Source: Candidatus Peribacteraceae bacterium (GTDB taxonomy: Bacteria > Patescibacteriota > Gracilibacteria > Peribacterales > Peribacteraceae). Taken from it: a stretch of 53,420 nucleotides of DNA. Under the pieces are notes generated by a model that saw only the letters and a program-made list of their open reading frames with translations, did not search any database and was not told the DNA's origin. The position numbers and the translations under genes were made by a program. The stretch spans positions 1 through 53,420 of the forward strand of contig JAQTQU010000002.1 of the NCBI GenBank assembly GCA_028712095.1, read 5' to 3'. Shown here piece after piece: positions 33,668 to 41,621 of this stretch (position 1 is the stretch's first letter; the number at the start of each line of letters is the position of its first letter).

Positions 33668-34987
33668 CTATTTCACCTCCAATATGCGTGTCGCCAGCTC
33701 CGTCACGTTGCCCGCCCCGAGGATGAGCAGCACATCCTGGGATTGCAGGATCTCCGTGCGGAGCAGCCGTTCGGTCACAGCAAGAGACTTGCCGTCGATC
33801 GCCTGTACACGACTCCCCTTCCCGATATCCCGGATCAATGCGGGAAGATCCACCATGCCGCTCTCGCGATCGGGACGCGCATCGTAAATATTCGGGATGA
33901 TGACGAACGCCGCCCCCGCAAAAGCGTTCACGAAATCGGCGTACAGCTTGCGCGTTCGATCGTGCGTATGTGGCTGGAACACGATCACCAGCCGTCTGCC
34001 GGAATACGCTGAGAGGAGCGCCGCAATGGTCGCCCGGATCTCGACCGGATGATGTCCGTAATCGTCGATCACCGTCACACCCTCAGGAGTATCGCCGCGT
34101 ACGTCCATACGCCGCCAGCAACCGCTGTAGCCGGAAAGTGACGCGAGCGCCGTTTCCTGCGAAACCTGCAGCTCTTCCGCCAGTGCAAGGACCAGTTGCG
34201 CATTCTGCTGCATGTGCATGCCGGGGGTCGCCAGTGCAGGGAGCGGGAACGTATCGGCATCAATGATGCGCCGCCCGCCCCGTTCGGCAATCGACGCACA
34301 GACAGGGTCTTTTCCATGCGTGATGACGAGCCCATCCGGCGGCAGGCGCTTCACGAAATCCACGAACGCCTGCTCGTAATCCTGCCGTGATTGGTAGTAG
34401 TCGAAATGATCGCCATCCGCGTTCGTGAGCAGGATGATCGCCGGAGAGAGAAAGTGAAAAGACCGCCGGTACTCGCATGCTTCCACGATGAAGAGATTGT
34501 TCTTGCCTTTCCGCCAGTTGCGGCCACTGAGTTCGCGCGCTTTTGTGCCCACAATCACACTGGGATCAAGTCCTGCTTCGATCAGCACACGCGCCGTCAT
34601 AGCGGTCGTGGAGGATTTGCCGTGCGTCCCGGCAACGGCAATCACGCGGAAATCACTGGCCTGCCCGTCCGTAGCTCCAGAGGAGCGAAGGCGGGTGAGC
34701 TCTCCGAGCGCCTGAAAGTACGTTTGCTGCGGAATCCCGAGTGCCACTGCCCGCTGCCGTTCGGGGCTGGTGTCTGGAATGGCCTCGGAGTAGACGAAGA
34801 GATCACAATCTGCAGGAATGTGCGACCCATCCTGCGAGAGAAACACTGCGATCCCCTGCCCTGTGAGATCGCGCACAACTGCCGACTCCGCGCGGTCACT
34901 GCCGAGCACGCAATGCCCCTGACTCGCGCGATAGGCCGCGTAGGCCGAGAGACCGATGCCGCCGATGCCGGAGCAGTAGATTTTCAC
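33668..34987 (-). CDS. murC: UDP-N-acetylmuramate--L-alanine ligase
   Basis: IYCSGIGGIGLSAYA, VAGTHGKSSTTAM, EACEYRRSF and TNADGDHFDYY match MurC. The start is GTG. Confidence 0.9.
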   Translation of the reverse strand: MKIYCSGIGGIGLSAYAAYRASQGHCVLGSDRAESAVVRDLTGQGIAVFLSQDGSHIPADCDLFVYSEAIPDTSPERQRAVALGIPQQTYFQALGELTRLRSSGATDGQASDFRVIAVAGTHGKSSTTAMTARVLIEAGLDPSVIVGTKARELSGRNWRKGKNNLFIVEACEYRRSFHFLSPAIILLTNADGDHFDYYQSRQDYEQAFVDFVKRLPPDGLVITHGKDPVCASIAERGGRRIIDADTFPLPALATPGMHMQQNAQLVLALAEELQVSQETALASLSGYSGCWRRMDVRGDTPEGVTVIDDYGHHPVEIRATIAALLSAYSGRRLVIVFQPHTHDRTRKLYADFVNAFAGAAFVIIPNIYDARPDRESGMVDLPALIRDIGKGSRVQAIDGKSLAVTERLLRTEILQSQDVLLILGAGNVTELATRILEVK

Positions 34988-35107
34988 TAGGGATTAGGGA
35001 TGAGAGGTTGGTATATTAGGGGTAAGGACAACAATGTTCCAGTAGAAGAAGCAGCCTACTTTCCAATCCATCATCCCTAAACCGTGGCCTATCAGCATAT
35101 CGAACCG

Positions 35108-35530
35108 ATGAGTAAACAGCTCACGATTGTCGTGGGTCTCACGGTTGTGGGATTCATGGCATTCGGACTCATCCTCTCGTTCTACCGCAATGTGCTCTTC
35201 GAACAGACGCTGATGGATATCGGCAATCAGAATACCGCCCTGCGCCGCAGCATCGCTGCAGGCTATAAGGAACTGGATTACTACCGTTCCGTTCAGTTCA
35301 AAGACAAATACGCCAAAGAGAATCTGAGCATGGTGAAACCGGGCGAGAAGGTGCTCATCATCACAGAACCGCAGCGTCCCGCAGACGCCACAGAGAACGA
35401 GCTCGGGCTCTTTGCCGAGGAACGCGAGGCCGCGTATCTGGAGCTGCTGCGGCAGATGCCGGTCTTCGAGCACTGGAAGCTCTACTTCTTCCACGCTGAC
35501 CGGATCGAGGAATTGAAGAGGGCACTGTAA
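35108..35530 (+). CDS. Septum-formation-initiator-like protein (FtsB/DivIC family)
   Basis: A single N-terminal TM segment (LTIVVGLTVVGFMAFGLILSF) is followed by a coiled coil and ...KYAKENLSMVKPGEKVLII. GTG 35084 is an alternative start. Confidence 0.7.
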   Translation: MSKQLTIVVGLTVVGFMAFGLILSFYRNVLFEQTLMDIGNQNTALRRSIAAGYKELDYYRSVQFKDKYAKENLSMVKPGEKVLIITEPQRPADATENELGLFAEEREAAYLELLRQMPVFEHWKLYFFHADRIEELKRAL

Positions 35531-35637
35531 TTCATGAGAGACAAACCTGCGGTTTTTCTCTCATGAACTCTCTTTTCCCTTAAGTGGTGTCGCTCCATCG
35601 GTGGGGCCCGGCGAAGCCACCCACCGCTTCGCGACGG
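35531..35637 (+). repeat. Copy 2 of the ~107-nt two-hairpin intergenic element
   Basis: It begins directly after the TAA of 35108..35530. Hairpin 1 is GAGAGAcAAACC-tgc-GGTTTtTCTCTC. Hairpin 2 is GTCGC-tcc-ATCGGTGGG-gccc-GGC-gaa-GCC-a-CCCACCGCT-tc-GCGAC. It is collinear with 33515..33625. Confidence 0.6.
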
Positions 35638-36024
35638 TTATTGGAATGAACGAAGGATTTGCATCGTGTGTTCCCTCTTATCCCACGGAACAAACAAATG
35701 ATCATGATAGTACGCAGAGACTGCATTCACAGAAATCCCCTCTTCGGAGAGTTTCTTTGTGATGGCAGCCAAAAATCCAACAGCATTGAGATTGGAATGC
35801 ACGGTCAGTGTGATCATTGCCCAACGTGAAGCCTCTGTATCGAACGTCCGTGCTATCTCTTCTCGAATAACCACTGTCATTCCCTCAGCTTCCTTAAAAT
35901 TCATGATAGCCCCGCTCAAAACTTCTTGAGGAAATGTATCTGCAGCGATAAAAACATATGATTCCTCATGTAGTTGCGGACTCATGTTTTTAAGAAGCCT
36001 ATCAAGATCCATTTCCCCATCCAT
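35638..36024 (-). CDS. ACT-domain protein (128 aa)
   Basis: SYVFIAAD...GAIMNFKEAEGMTVVI...WAMITLTVHSNLNAVGFLAAITKKLSEEGISVNAVSAYYHDHLFVP resembles the small ACT_7-type family, from memory. The gene is visibly more AT-rich than its flanks. Confidence 0.7.
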   Translation of the reverse strand: MDGEMDLDRLLKNMSPQLHEESYVFIAADTFPQEVLSGAIMNFKEAEGMTVVIREEIARTFDTEASRWAMITLTVHSNLNAVGFLAAITKKLSEEGISVNAVSAYYHDHLFVPWDKREHTMQILRSFQ

Positions 36025-36062
36025 ACATCATGCAAATAGCCAGGCAGTCGTAGACGATTTAT

Positions 36063-36140
<78 letters not shown>

Positions 36141-36172
36141 CAAAACCGTGTCCATTCTGCCTGAGTATTTCC

Positions 36173-36200
36173 TTGCACGGAAGAGGAAAATGCGTAGAAT
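36173..36200 (+). promoter_or_regulatory. Candidate rpmA promoter giving an essentially leaderless mRNA
   Basis: TTGCAC (36173..36178), a 16-nt spacer, TAGAAT (36195..36200), then 9 nt to ATG 36210. Confidence 0.5.
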
Positions 36201-36209
36201 CTCCCCGCT

Positions 36210-36494
36210 ATGGCACATAAGAAAGCAGGAGGCTCCACCTCGAACGGCAGAGACAGTGTCGCAAAACGCCGCGGCGTGAAGCGTTCAGGCGGGCAGGTGG
36301 TTTCTGCAGGTGAGGTTCTGATCCGGCAGAAAGGATACTGGTACCGCCCTGGCACCAATACGCACATGGGCAAAGACTGGACGATCCATGCCTCGATCAA
36401 CGGACACGTTCGCTTTTCGGAGAAGCGCGTTACGAAGTTCAGCGGCAAACGCGAGCAGTGCACCATGGTCCACGTGGAACCGGTCAAAGCGTAG
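36210..36494 (+). CDS. rpmA: 50S ribosomal protein L27
   Basis: MAHKKAGGSTSNGRDS.AKRRGVKRSGGQ.V.AG..LIRQ.G....PG.N...GKD.T..A...G.V.F is the L27 signature. Confidence 0.95.
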   Translation: MAHKKAGGSTSNGRDSVAKRRGVKRSGGQVVSAGEVLIRQKGYWYRPGTNTHMGKDWTIHASINGHVRFSEKRVTKFSGKREQCTMVHVEPVKA

Positions 36495-36594
36495 AGAGAA
36501 ACCACATGCTATAGTGACAGGCGTGTCATTGAACGTTCCTGATTTCAGGATCACACCGGCCGTCCTGCGGCGTCCTTCCTCCCTTGCGGATGCC

Positions 36595-37236
36595 ATGAAC
36601 GGTCCGTTCTGGCATCGGTTCTTCAATGAGACGGCGCAGGAGATTTTCACTGCAGGAGGGCTGATCGTCGACATTGGTGGAGGACTGAGACTCGATCCCG
36701 CCCGGGGAGACCGCGTGAACCCCGATCATCAGAAACGATTCGGCCGCTTTCTCTTCGATCCAAAGGTGCAGTACCGTGTCACCGGATACACCGGCCAGTA
36801 CCATCCCGATTGCGTGGAAGACATCCACAAGCTCTCGTTCGCAGATGCCTCTATCGATGCCATCATCTGTCTGGCCGTGCTGGAACACGTCTACGATCCC
36901 AAGCGTGCGGCGGAGGAAGTGACGCGCGTGCTGAAACCCGGCGGCACGGGTCTGCTGTACGTGCCTTTCCTCTACCGCTACCACGCACAGACCACAAAGG
37001 ATTATCTCGATTACTTCCGCTATTCGAAAGACGGTATCGCGTACCTGTTCCGCGGATGCCGGGAGATGGAGATCTGCCCCGTACGCGGGCTCTTCGAATC
37101 GCTCCTCCGCTTCACTCCGCTCCATGCTGTGGGTCCGCTCAATGCTCTGCTCCGATACATGGATTGGGGAACGGAGCGCATGCGCACAGTATCGGCTCTC
37201 CAGACGTCGGGGTATTTCATCCGCATCAGAAAATAA
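36595..37236 (+). CDS. Class I SAM-dependent methyltransferase
   Basis: IVDIGGG (motif I), DAIICLAVLEHV and VLKPGGTGLLYVPF match the Methyltransf_11 style. GTG 36514 is an alternative start. The tracked start at 36388 overlaps rpmA and was rejected. Confidence 0.75.
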   Translation: MNGPFWHRFFNETAQEIFTAGGLIVDIGGGLRLDPARGDRVNPDHQKRFGRFLFDPKVQYRVTGYTGQYHPDCVEDIHKLSFADASIDAIICLAVLEHVYDPKRAAEEVTRVLKPGGTGLLYVPFLYRYHAQTTKDYLDYFRYSKDGIAYLFRGCREMEICPVRGLFESLLRFTPLHAVGPLNALLRYMDWGTERMRTVSALQTSGYFIRIRK

Positions 37237-37421
37237 TGGCCAAATGAATCTGTCTCTTCTCCTGCGCGAACGAGCGGAGCCGCTCTGCGTGAGCGTAGTG
37301 CGATGCGTTCGGATTCATCGCACAAGCGAGCGCGGACGGCGGAGCGATCTGCATCAGATAGATGAAAACATTCTTGTATTCCATCCTTTCGTATCCCCTC
37401 CTCTCTCGCTACCATGTCCTT

Positions 37422-38105
37422 ATGTCAGAATTCGGAGGTCCGGAAATAGGAGCACCCGGGGAAGGCGGAGCGGGCAGTACCGAAGCGCTGAGCGAAGAGG
37501 CCAAACAGCGGTTCGCGGCGGCTGCGGCAGGCATGCAGCAGATCCGGCGGGAAGAAAAGAAGAGCAAGCGCCGCGACGATCAGGTGGCCAAAGCCATCGT
37601 GCAGTTTCTGGATGAAGCCGACCACGCGCACCTCTTCGTCCTGATCTCCCGCTTAGTCGCCCGTGACTGCCCTTCGATCTTCATCCTCGCCATTCTCTCG
37701 CTCATCCATCAGGGCTGCCGCGAAACGGTGAAGGAGTACCTGAGCGAAATCCTGAATGAGATTCCCGAACCGGATCTTTCGGCGTCTTCGGCTCTCACAA
37801 AAGGCGGTACGATCGGCATGGAAGAGGGTCAGATTCTCATCCACTGGATCACGCGACTGCAGACCGTGCTCTCCCTCGATGTTGCGGGAATCCTTCTCAA
37901 ACTCATGGTCGACGAGAAACACATCGACGGCACCATCCTGCAGCTGACGACCTTTGTGCTGCAGGAGTTCTTCCACGCGCAGAAGAAAGAAGTTCCCTTC
38001 GAGAAATTGCAGCCCCTCACGGCCAGCATCCTGCAGACGGTGTTCGAGCCGTTCATCCCGGGGGTGCGGAAACTGCTGGAGGAACGGGCGAAGGGAACGG
38101 AATAG
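37422..38105 (+). CDS. Hypothetical protein (228 aa)
   Basis: The ORF is open with coding-like composition, has a basic patch (REEKKSKRRDD) and a helical remainder. I recognise no family. Confidence 0.6.
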   Translation: MSEFGGPEIGAPGEGGAGSTEALSEEAKQRFAAAAAGMQQIRREEKKSKRRDDQVAKAIVQFLDEADHAHLFVLISRLVARDCPSIFILAILSLIHQGCRETVKEYLSEILNEIPEPDLSASSALTKGGTIGMEEGQILIHWITRLQTVLSLDVAGILLKLMVDEKHIDGTILQLTTFVLQEFFHAQKKEVPFEKLQPLTASILQTVFEPFIPGVRKLLEERAKGTE

Positions 38106-38122
38106 GGAAACGAGGCAAATAA

Positions 38123-38175
38123 GGAAAACGACGATAACGAGGATCCTCGTTTTCTTCGTATTCCTCGTTTTCTTC
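38123..38175. terminator. Long imperfect hairpin between convergent genes, likely bidirectional terminator
   Basis: GGAAAACGACGATAACGAGGA | TCCTCGTTTTCTTCGTATTCC has a perfect central 16-bp palindrome, AACGAGGATCCTCGTT. It is followed by TCGTTTTCTTC on the plus strand, and by a T-rich run on the minus strand. Confidence 0.5.
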
Positions 38176-38201
38176 TCTTTCCTCATATTCTTTCAATCGC
38201 T

Positions 38202-38756
38202 TCACTTGCCTCCAAAAACAAAATCCTCCAATGGTGTTTGTTTCACCCCGTTCACCTCCGCATACAGCCGCAGCCGGTCCACCGGAATGTCGAATGCAGT
38301 GCCTTCCAGAATCTTCATCACCTTCTTCTTCACCGTGTTGAATCGCTGTGGATGCCCGACGCGCGCGAGCGTGATGTGCGGCGCAAAGGGCCGTCCGTCG
38401 GACCACGGACACGTCTTCTTCACGCGCGCGAGCTCGTCGCTGAATGCAACGGAAAGAAACAGAACATGGTCCTCACCACGGTTCCCGAATGTCTCTGCCC
38501 CCGTCACCTTCATCGCGAATGGCGCATGGAGTGACGCAATTTTCTGCGCCTGCTCCCCGATGCCCTTGCATTCCAATGCGCCGACGCCCGGCCAGAACAT
38601 GAGGGTCAGATGCGGAGACTGAGGATTCTGAAACCGGAGGATATCGGCAAAGGATTGCAGCTCCTCCTGCAGCGCCTGGAACTGCCACTTGGGCTGGCCC
38701 TCTAATGGAAGAGCGAGGAAAACCGAACGGAGTGGGAATTGCACATCCACAGACAC
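38202..38756 (-). CDS. thpR: RNA 2',3'-cyclic phosphodiesterase / 2'-5' RNA ligase family
   Basis: Two H-x-T-x motifs (PHLTLMF and PHITLARV) sit at the expected spacing of the 2H phosphoesterase superfamily. Confidence 0.8.
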   Translation of the reverse strand: MSVDVQFPLRSVFLALPLEGQPKWQFQALQEELQSFADILRFQNPQSPHLTLMFWPGVGALECKGIGEQAQKIASLHAPFAMKVTGAETFGNRGEDHVLFLSVAFSDELARVKKTCPWSDGRPFAPHITLARVGHPQRFNTVKKKVMKILEGTAFDIPVDRLRLYAEVNGVKQTPLEDFVFGGK

Positions 38757-38823
38757 ATTCTAATGAAACATTGGTTTGCTGCACCAGTTACGATAGACTC
38801 ATGTTCTCCTTCCACTCACGCCT

Positions 38824-39132
38824 ATGGAATCCTGCATCGCCTGCAGCATGCCCCTCATGCAACCAGCCGAAAAAGGCTGTGATACAAAGGACGGTCCCGT
38901 CTGCATCCACTGTGCCAAGCCTGAAGGCGGTATGAAAAGCTGCGAAGAGGTGTTCGAAGGTGGCGTAGCGTTCTTTGTGTCCGCAACGGGCACGGAAGAC
39001 CGTTCTCTCGCCGAGAGACTCGTTCGTAAGACCATGAATGGTTTGCCGTACTGGAAGAATCATCCATCTTCCTGTTTGAAAGGAGAGCAGGCGAGCGACG
39101 AAGAATTCGCCGCGGCCATGGCAAAGCTCTGA
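38824..39132 (+). CDS. Small zinc-ribbon protein
   Basis: CIACSMPL...CIHC forms a CxxC...CxxC pair at the N-terminus. It resembles the 'putative zinc ribbon' family, from memory. Confidence 0.6.
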   Translation: MESCIACSMPLMQPAEKGCDTKDGPVCIHCAKPEGGMKSCEEVFEGGVAFFVSATGTEDRSLAERLVRKTMNGLPYWKNHPSSCLKGEQASDEEFAAAMAKL

Positions 39133-39214
39133 TCCTCCGCCGAAAGTGAGAGGATGAGAAAGACGGAACGGAGGGAGAAGGAAGTAAAAAATGGGAAAAA
39201 GAAATTTCATCCGT

Positions 39215-39544
39215 TTAGAGCAAGTTGCCGATGATCCTGAAGATCCGCTCTCTCTGATCAAATGTGACATCAGAGAAGAGACAGGGCTCACAGGTATCCT
39301 CCAGAAGTCTCCGCTGTGCACGAAGAATTTTTTTAGTCGCATGATCGGCAAGATCAAAGATGAACACTCTGCACGAACCGGGAAACGGCTGCTCTCGTAT
39401 CTCCTCCGCAAGAACTTGCTTTGCTCTCTCGAGTGAATTGTTACTGATGCCGATCGACATGCCATCGGAAGAAATGTAAATGGCACAATGCAGTCCTGAC
39501 GACCGGGGCTCTTCCTGCGCAAGAGAATCGAATGCAGCTCTCAT
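39215..39544 (-). CDS. Hypothetical protein (109 aa), strand uncertain
   Basis: It is co-directional with lepA and begins 20 nt after it. A competing plus-strand ORF, 39191..39436, has an upstream GGAGGGAGAAGGAAG. Neither ORF has a recognisable family. Confidence 0.35.
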   Translation of the reverse strand: MRAAFDSLAQEEPRSSGLHCAIYISSDGMSIGISNNSLERAKQVLAEEIREQPFPGSCRVFIFDLADHATKKILRAQRRLLEDTCEPCLFSDVTFDQRERIFRIIGNLL

Positions 39545-39564
39545 GAAAGCATTCTATCGCCCCA

Positions 39565-41379
39565 TCAGCGTTTCAGAACACTCAAAAAAGCTTCTTGAGT
39601 TAACGTCACCCTGCCCATCTTCTTCATGCGCTTCTTGCCCTTCTTCTGCTTTTCGAGGAGCTTGTTCTTGCGCGTCACGTCGCCGCCGTACAGGTACCCC
39701 GTCACGTCCTTGCGATAGGCAGGCAGTGTCTCGCGTGCGACAATCTTCCCTCCGATGGCAGCCTGAATCGGAATCTGAAACTGCTGCTTGGGCATCACTT
39801 CCTTGAGCTTTTTGCAGATGATCCCTCCCACGTGGTGCGCCTCGGACCGGTGCACGATGGTCGAGAGCGCGTCCGCAGGATCGCCCAGCAGGAGGATCTG
39901 GAGCTTCACGAGATCCCCGGAACGGTACCCGATGGGATCGTAACTCATGGAACCGTAGCCGGACGTCGCCGACTTCAGCAGATCGAAGAAGTCGAGCACG
40001 ATGCCCTGTAGCGGAACCTCGAAGGTGAGCAGGGCACGGTCGGCATCGAGGTAACTCAAGCCCTGCTGCACGCCGCGCCGCTCCCCCACCAGTGTCATGG
40101 CGGCGCCGATATCCTGTGCGCGGCACACGATCTCGAGCTTCACCCACGGTTCGCGCACCTCGGCGATGCACGAGGGGTCGGGAAAGTCAGCGGGATTGGA
40201 AATCCGTGCCGTATCCGGTTCATCCGCTTTGAGTAAGCTGGCACGCACCACTTCCGCCGTACGTCGCACCGCCAGCTTCACCTCATAGAGCACGCTCGGC
40301 GCGGTGATGATGAGATCGCAGTCGTGCTCGCGCTCCAGCCGCTCCTGCACGATATCCATATGCAGCAGACCGAGGAACCCGCAGCGGAACCCGTTGCCCA
40401 GCGCCGCGTTGTGCTCCGGCTCGAACCGGAGAGCCGCATCGTTGAGCGCCAGCTTCTCCAGCGCCTCCCGCAGATCGGGATAGGCATCGGCCTCCGACGG
40501 GTAGAGACCGGCAAAGACCATGGGCTGGACTTCCTTGTATCCGGGAAGAGCCAGCAGATCCTCCGCGGAGGCCACGGTGTCTCCCGTCCGGACCGACCGG
40601 ACATCCTTGGATCCCGTGACGATGTAACCGATCTCACCCTCGTTGAGCACGGGGTCGGAAGCGTATTTGGGAGAAAAGTGCCCCAGATCCAGAACTTCGA
40701 CAGGGGTTTTCGTCCCCAGCAGATGCGCCTTGTCCCCTTTCGTGAACTTTCCTTCCACTACGCGAACGTACGCCACTGCGCCGCGATACGGATCCATGAT
40801 CGCATCGAAGATGAGTGCGCGTGTACCACCCGCCTGCGCGAATTTCTTCGGGGGCGGAATCAACTCGATGACCTTGTCCAGCACCTCCGGCACTCCCCTT
40901 CCCTCTTTAGCGGAAATCCGCAGAATCTCTTCCTTTTTGCACCCCAGTAATTTCATCACCTCCTCGCTCACACGCTCGGGATCGGCTGCGGGCAGATCGA
41001 TCTTGTTGAGTACGGGAATGATCGTGAGATCGTTCTCCATCGCCATCGTGAGCACGGCCAGCGTCTGGGCCTGAATGCCCTGTGAGCAATCGACGAGCAG
41101 GATCGCCCCCTCGCAGGCCACGAGACTGCGGCTCACCTCGTAGCGGAAATCCGTGTGCCCCGGCGTGTCGATGAGATTCAATTGGACTCCTTTCCACTGC
41201 ATACGCACAGGGGTCAATTTGATCGTAATGCCGCGCTCGCGCTCCAGATCCATCGTATCGAGGAGCTGCTCCTTCATTTCCCGCTTCTGGAGCGTACCGG
41301 TCATTTCGATCATGCGATCGGCCAGCGTGGACTTGCCATGGTCGATATGAGCAATAATGCAAAAATTACGAATTTCCAT
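39565..41379 (-). CDS. lepA: Elongation factor 4 (LepA)
   Basis: MEIRNFCIIAHIDHGKSTLADR, DTPGHTDF, NKIDL and the C-terminal LepA-specific domain are present. ATG 41379 was chosen, not the tracked 41415. Confidence 0.95.
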   Translation of the reverse strand: MEIRNFCIIAHIDHGKSTLADRMIEMTGTLQKREMKEQLLDTMDLERERGITIKLTPVRMQWKGVQLNLIDTPGHTDFRYEVSRSLVACEGAILLVDCSQGIQAQTLAVLTMAMENDLTIIPVLNKIDLPAADPERVSEEVMKLLGCKKEEILRISAKEGRGVPEVLDKVIELIPPPKKFAQAGGTRALIFDAIMDPYRGAVAYVRVVEGKFTKGDKAHLLGTKTPVEVLDLGHFSPKYASDPVLNEGEIGYIVTGSKDVRSVRTGDTVASAEDLLALPGYKEVQPMVFAGLYPSEADAYPDLREALEKLALNDAALRFEPEHNAALGNGFRCGFLGLLHMDIVQERLEREHDCDLIITAPSVLYEVKLAVRRTAEVVRASLLKADEPDTARISNPADFPDPSCIAEVREPWVKLEIVCRAQDIGAAMTLVGERRGVQQGLSYLDADRALLTFEVPLQGIVLDFFDLLKSATSGYGSMSYDPIGYRSGDLVKLQILLLGDPADALSTIVHRSEAHHVGGIICKKLKEVMPKQQFQIPIQAAIGGKIVARETLPAYRKDVTGYLYGGDVTRKNKLLEKQKKGKKRMKKMGRVTLTQEAFLSVLKR

Positions 41380-41621
41380 ATGAATGGAGAAAATGCTGCG
41401 CGACCTGCCCCGCACCGAACGAGCGGAGCGAGATCTGGTGCGGGGTGATGCAGAAATTACGAATCTCCATAGCTATAGAAGGATGCTTGCCACGGCGTAG
41501 TCCGAAGCGACGTGCCTCGGTGTAGCGGAGCGAAGACGGGAGCGGAGGATGAAGCCGGGCAGAAATTGCGGATATCCATGCGACGGGCAGGATATCAGCG
41601 CCGCCACCTCCTTCCAATGAA
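41380..41621 (-). promoter_or_regulatory. lepA leader containing two pseudo-starts / upstream ORFs that copy the lepA N-terminus, plus a 9-bp-stem hairpin
   Basis: uORF-A is 41579..41457 (MDIRNFC..., 40 aa). uORF-B is 41470..41366 (MEIRNFCI..., 34 aa). Each ends at TCG-TAA, 13-14 nt into the next start region. The hairpin is CCCCGCACC (41408..41416) / GGTGCGGGG (41437..41445). Confidence 0.5.

Noticed and set aside
36388-36594. N-terminal extension of the methyltransferase ORF overlapping rpmA
   Set aside because: It would overlap the last 107 nt of rpmA in another frame. The methyltransferase fold begins after ATG 36595 (or GTG 36514).
39191-39436. 81-aa plus-strand ORF preceded by GGAGGGAGAAGGAAG
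   Set aside because: It competes with minus ORF 39215..39544. Neither has a recognisable family, and SD motifs seem not to be used elsewhere in this window. It is kept as an unresolved alternative rather than called.
41366-41617. 83-aa minus-strand ORF as a single protein-coding gene
   Set aside because: It starts at a TTG and merely fuses leader sequence with uORF-B. The conserved parts are the MEIRNFC-like starts, so it is better interpreted as leader/uORFs (see finding).
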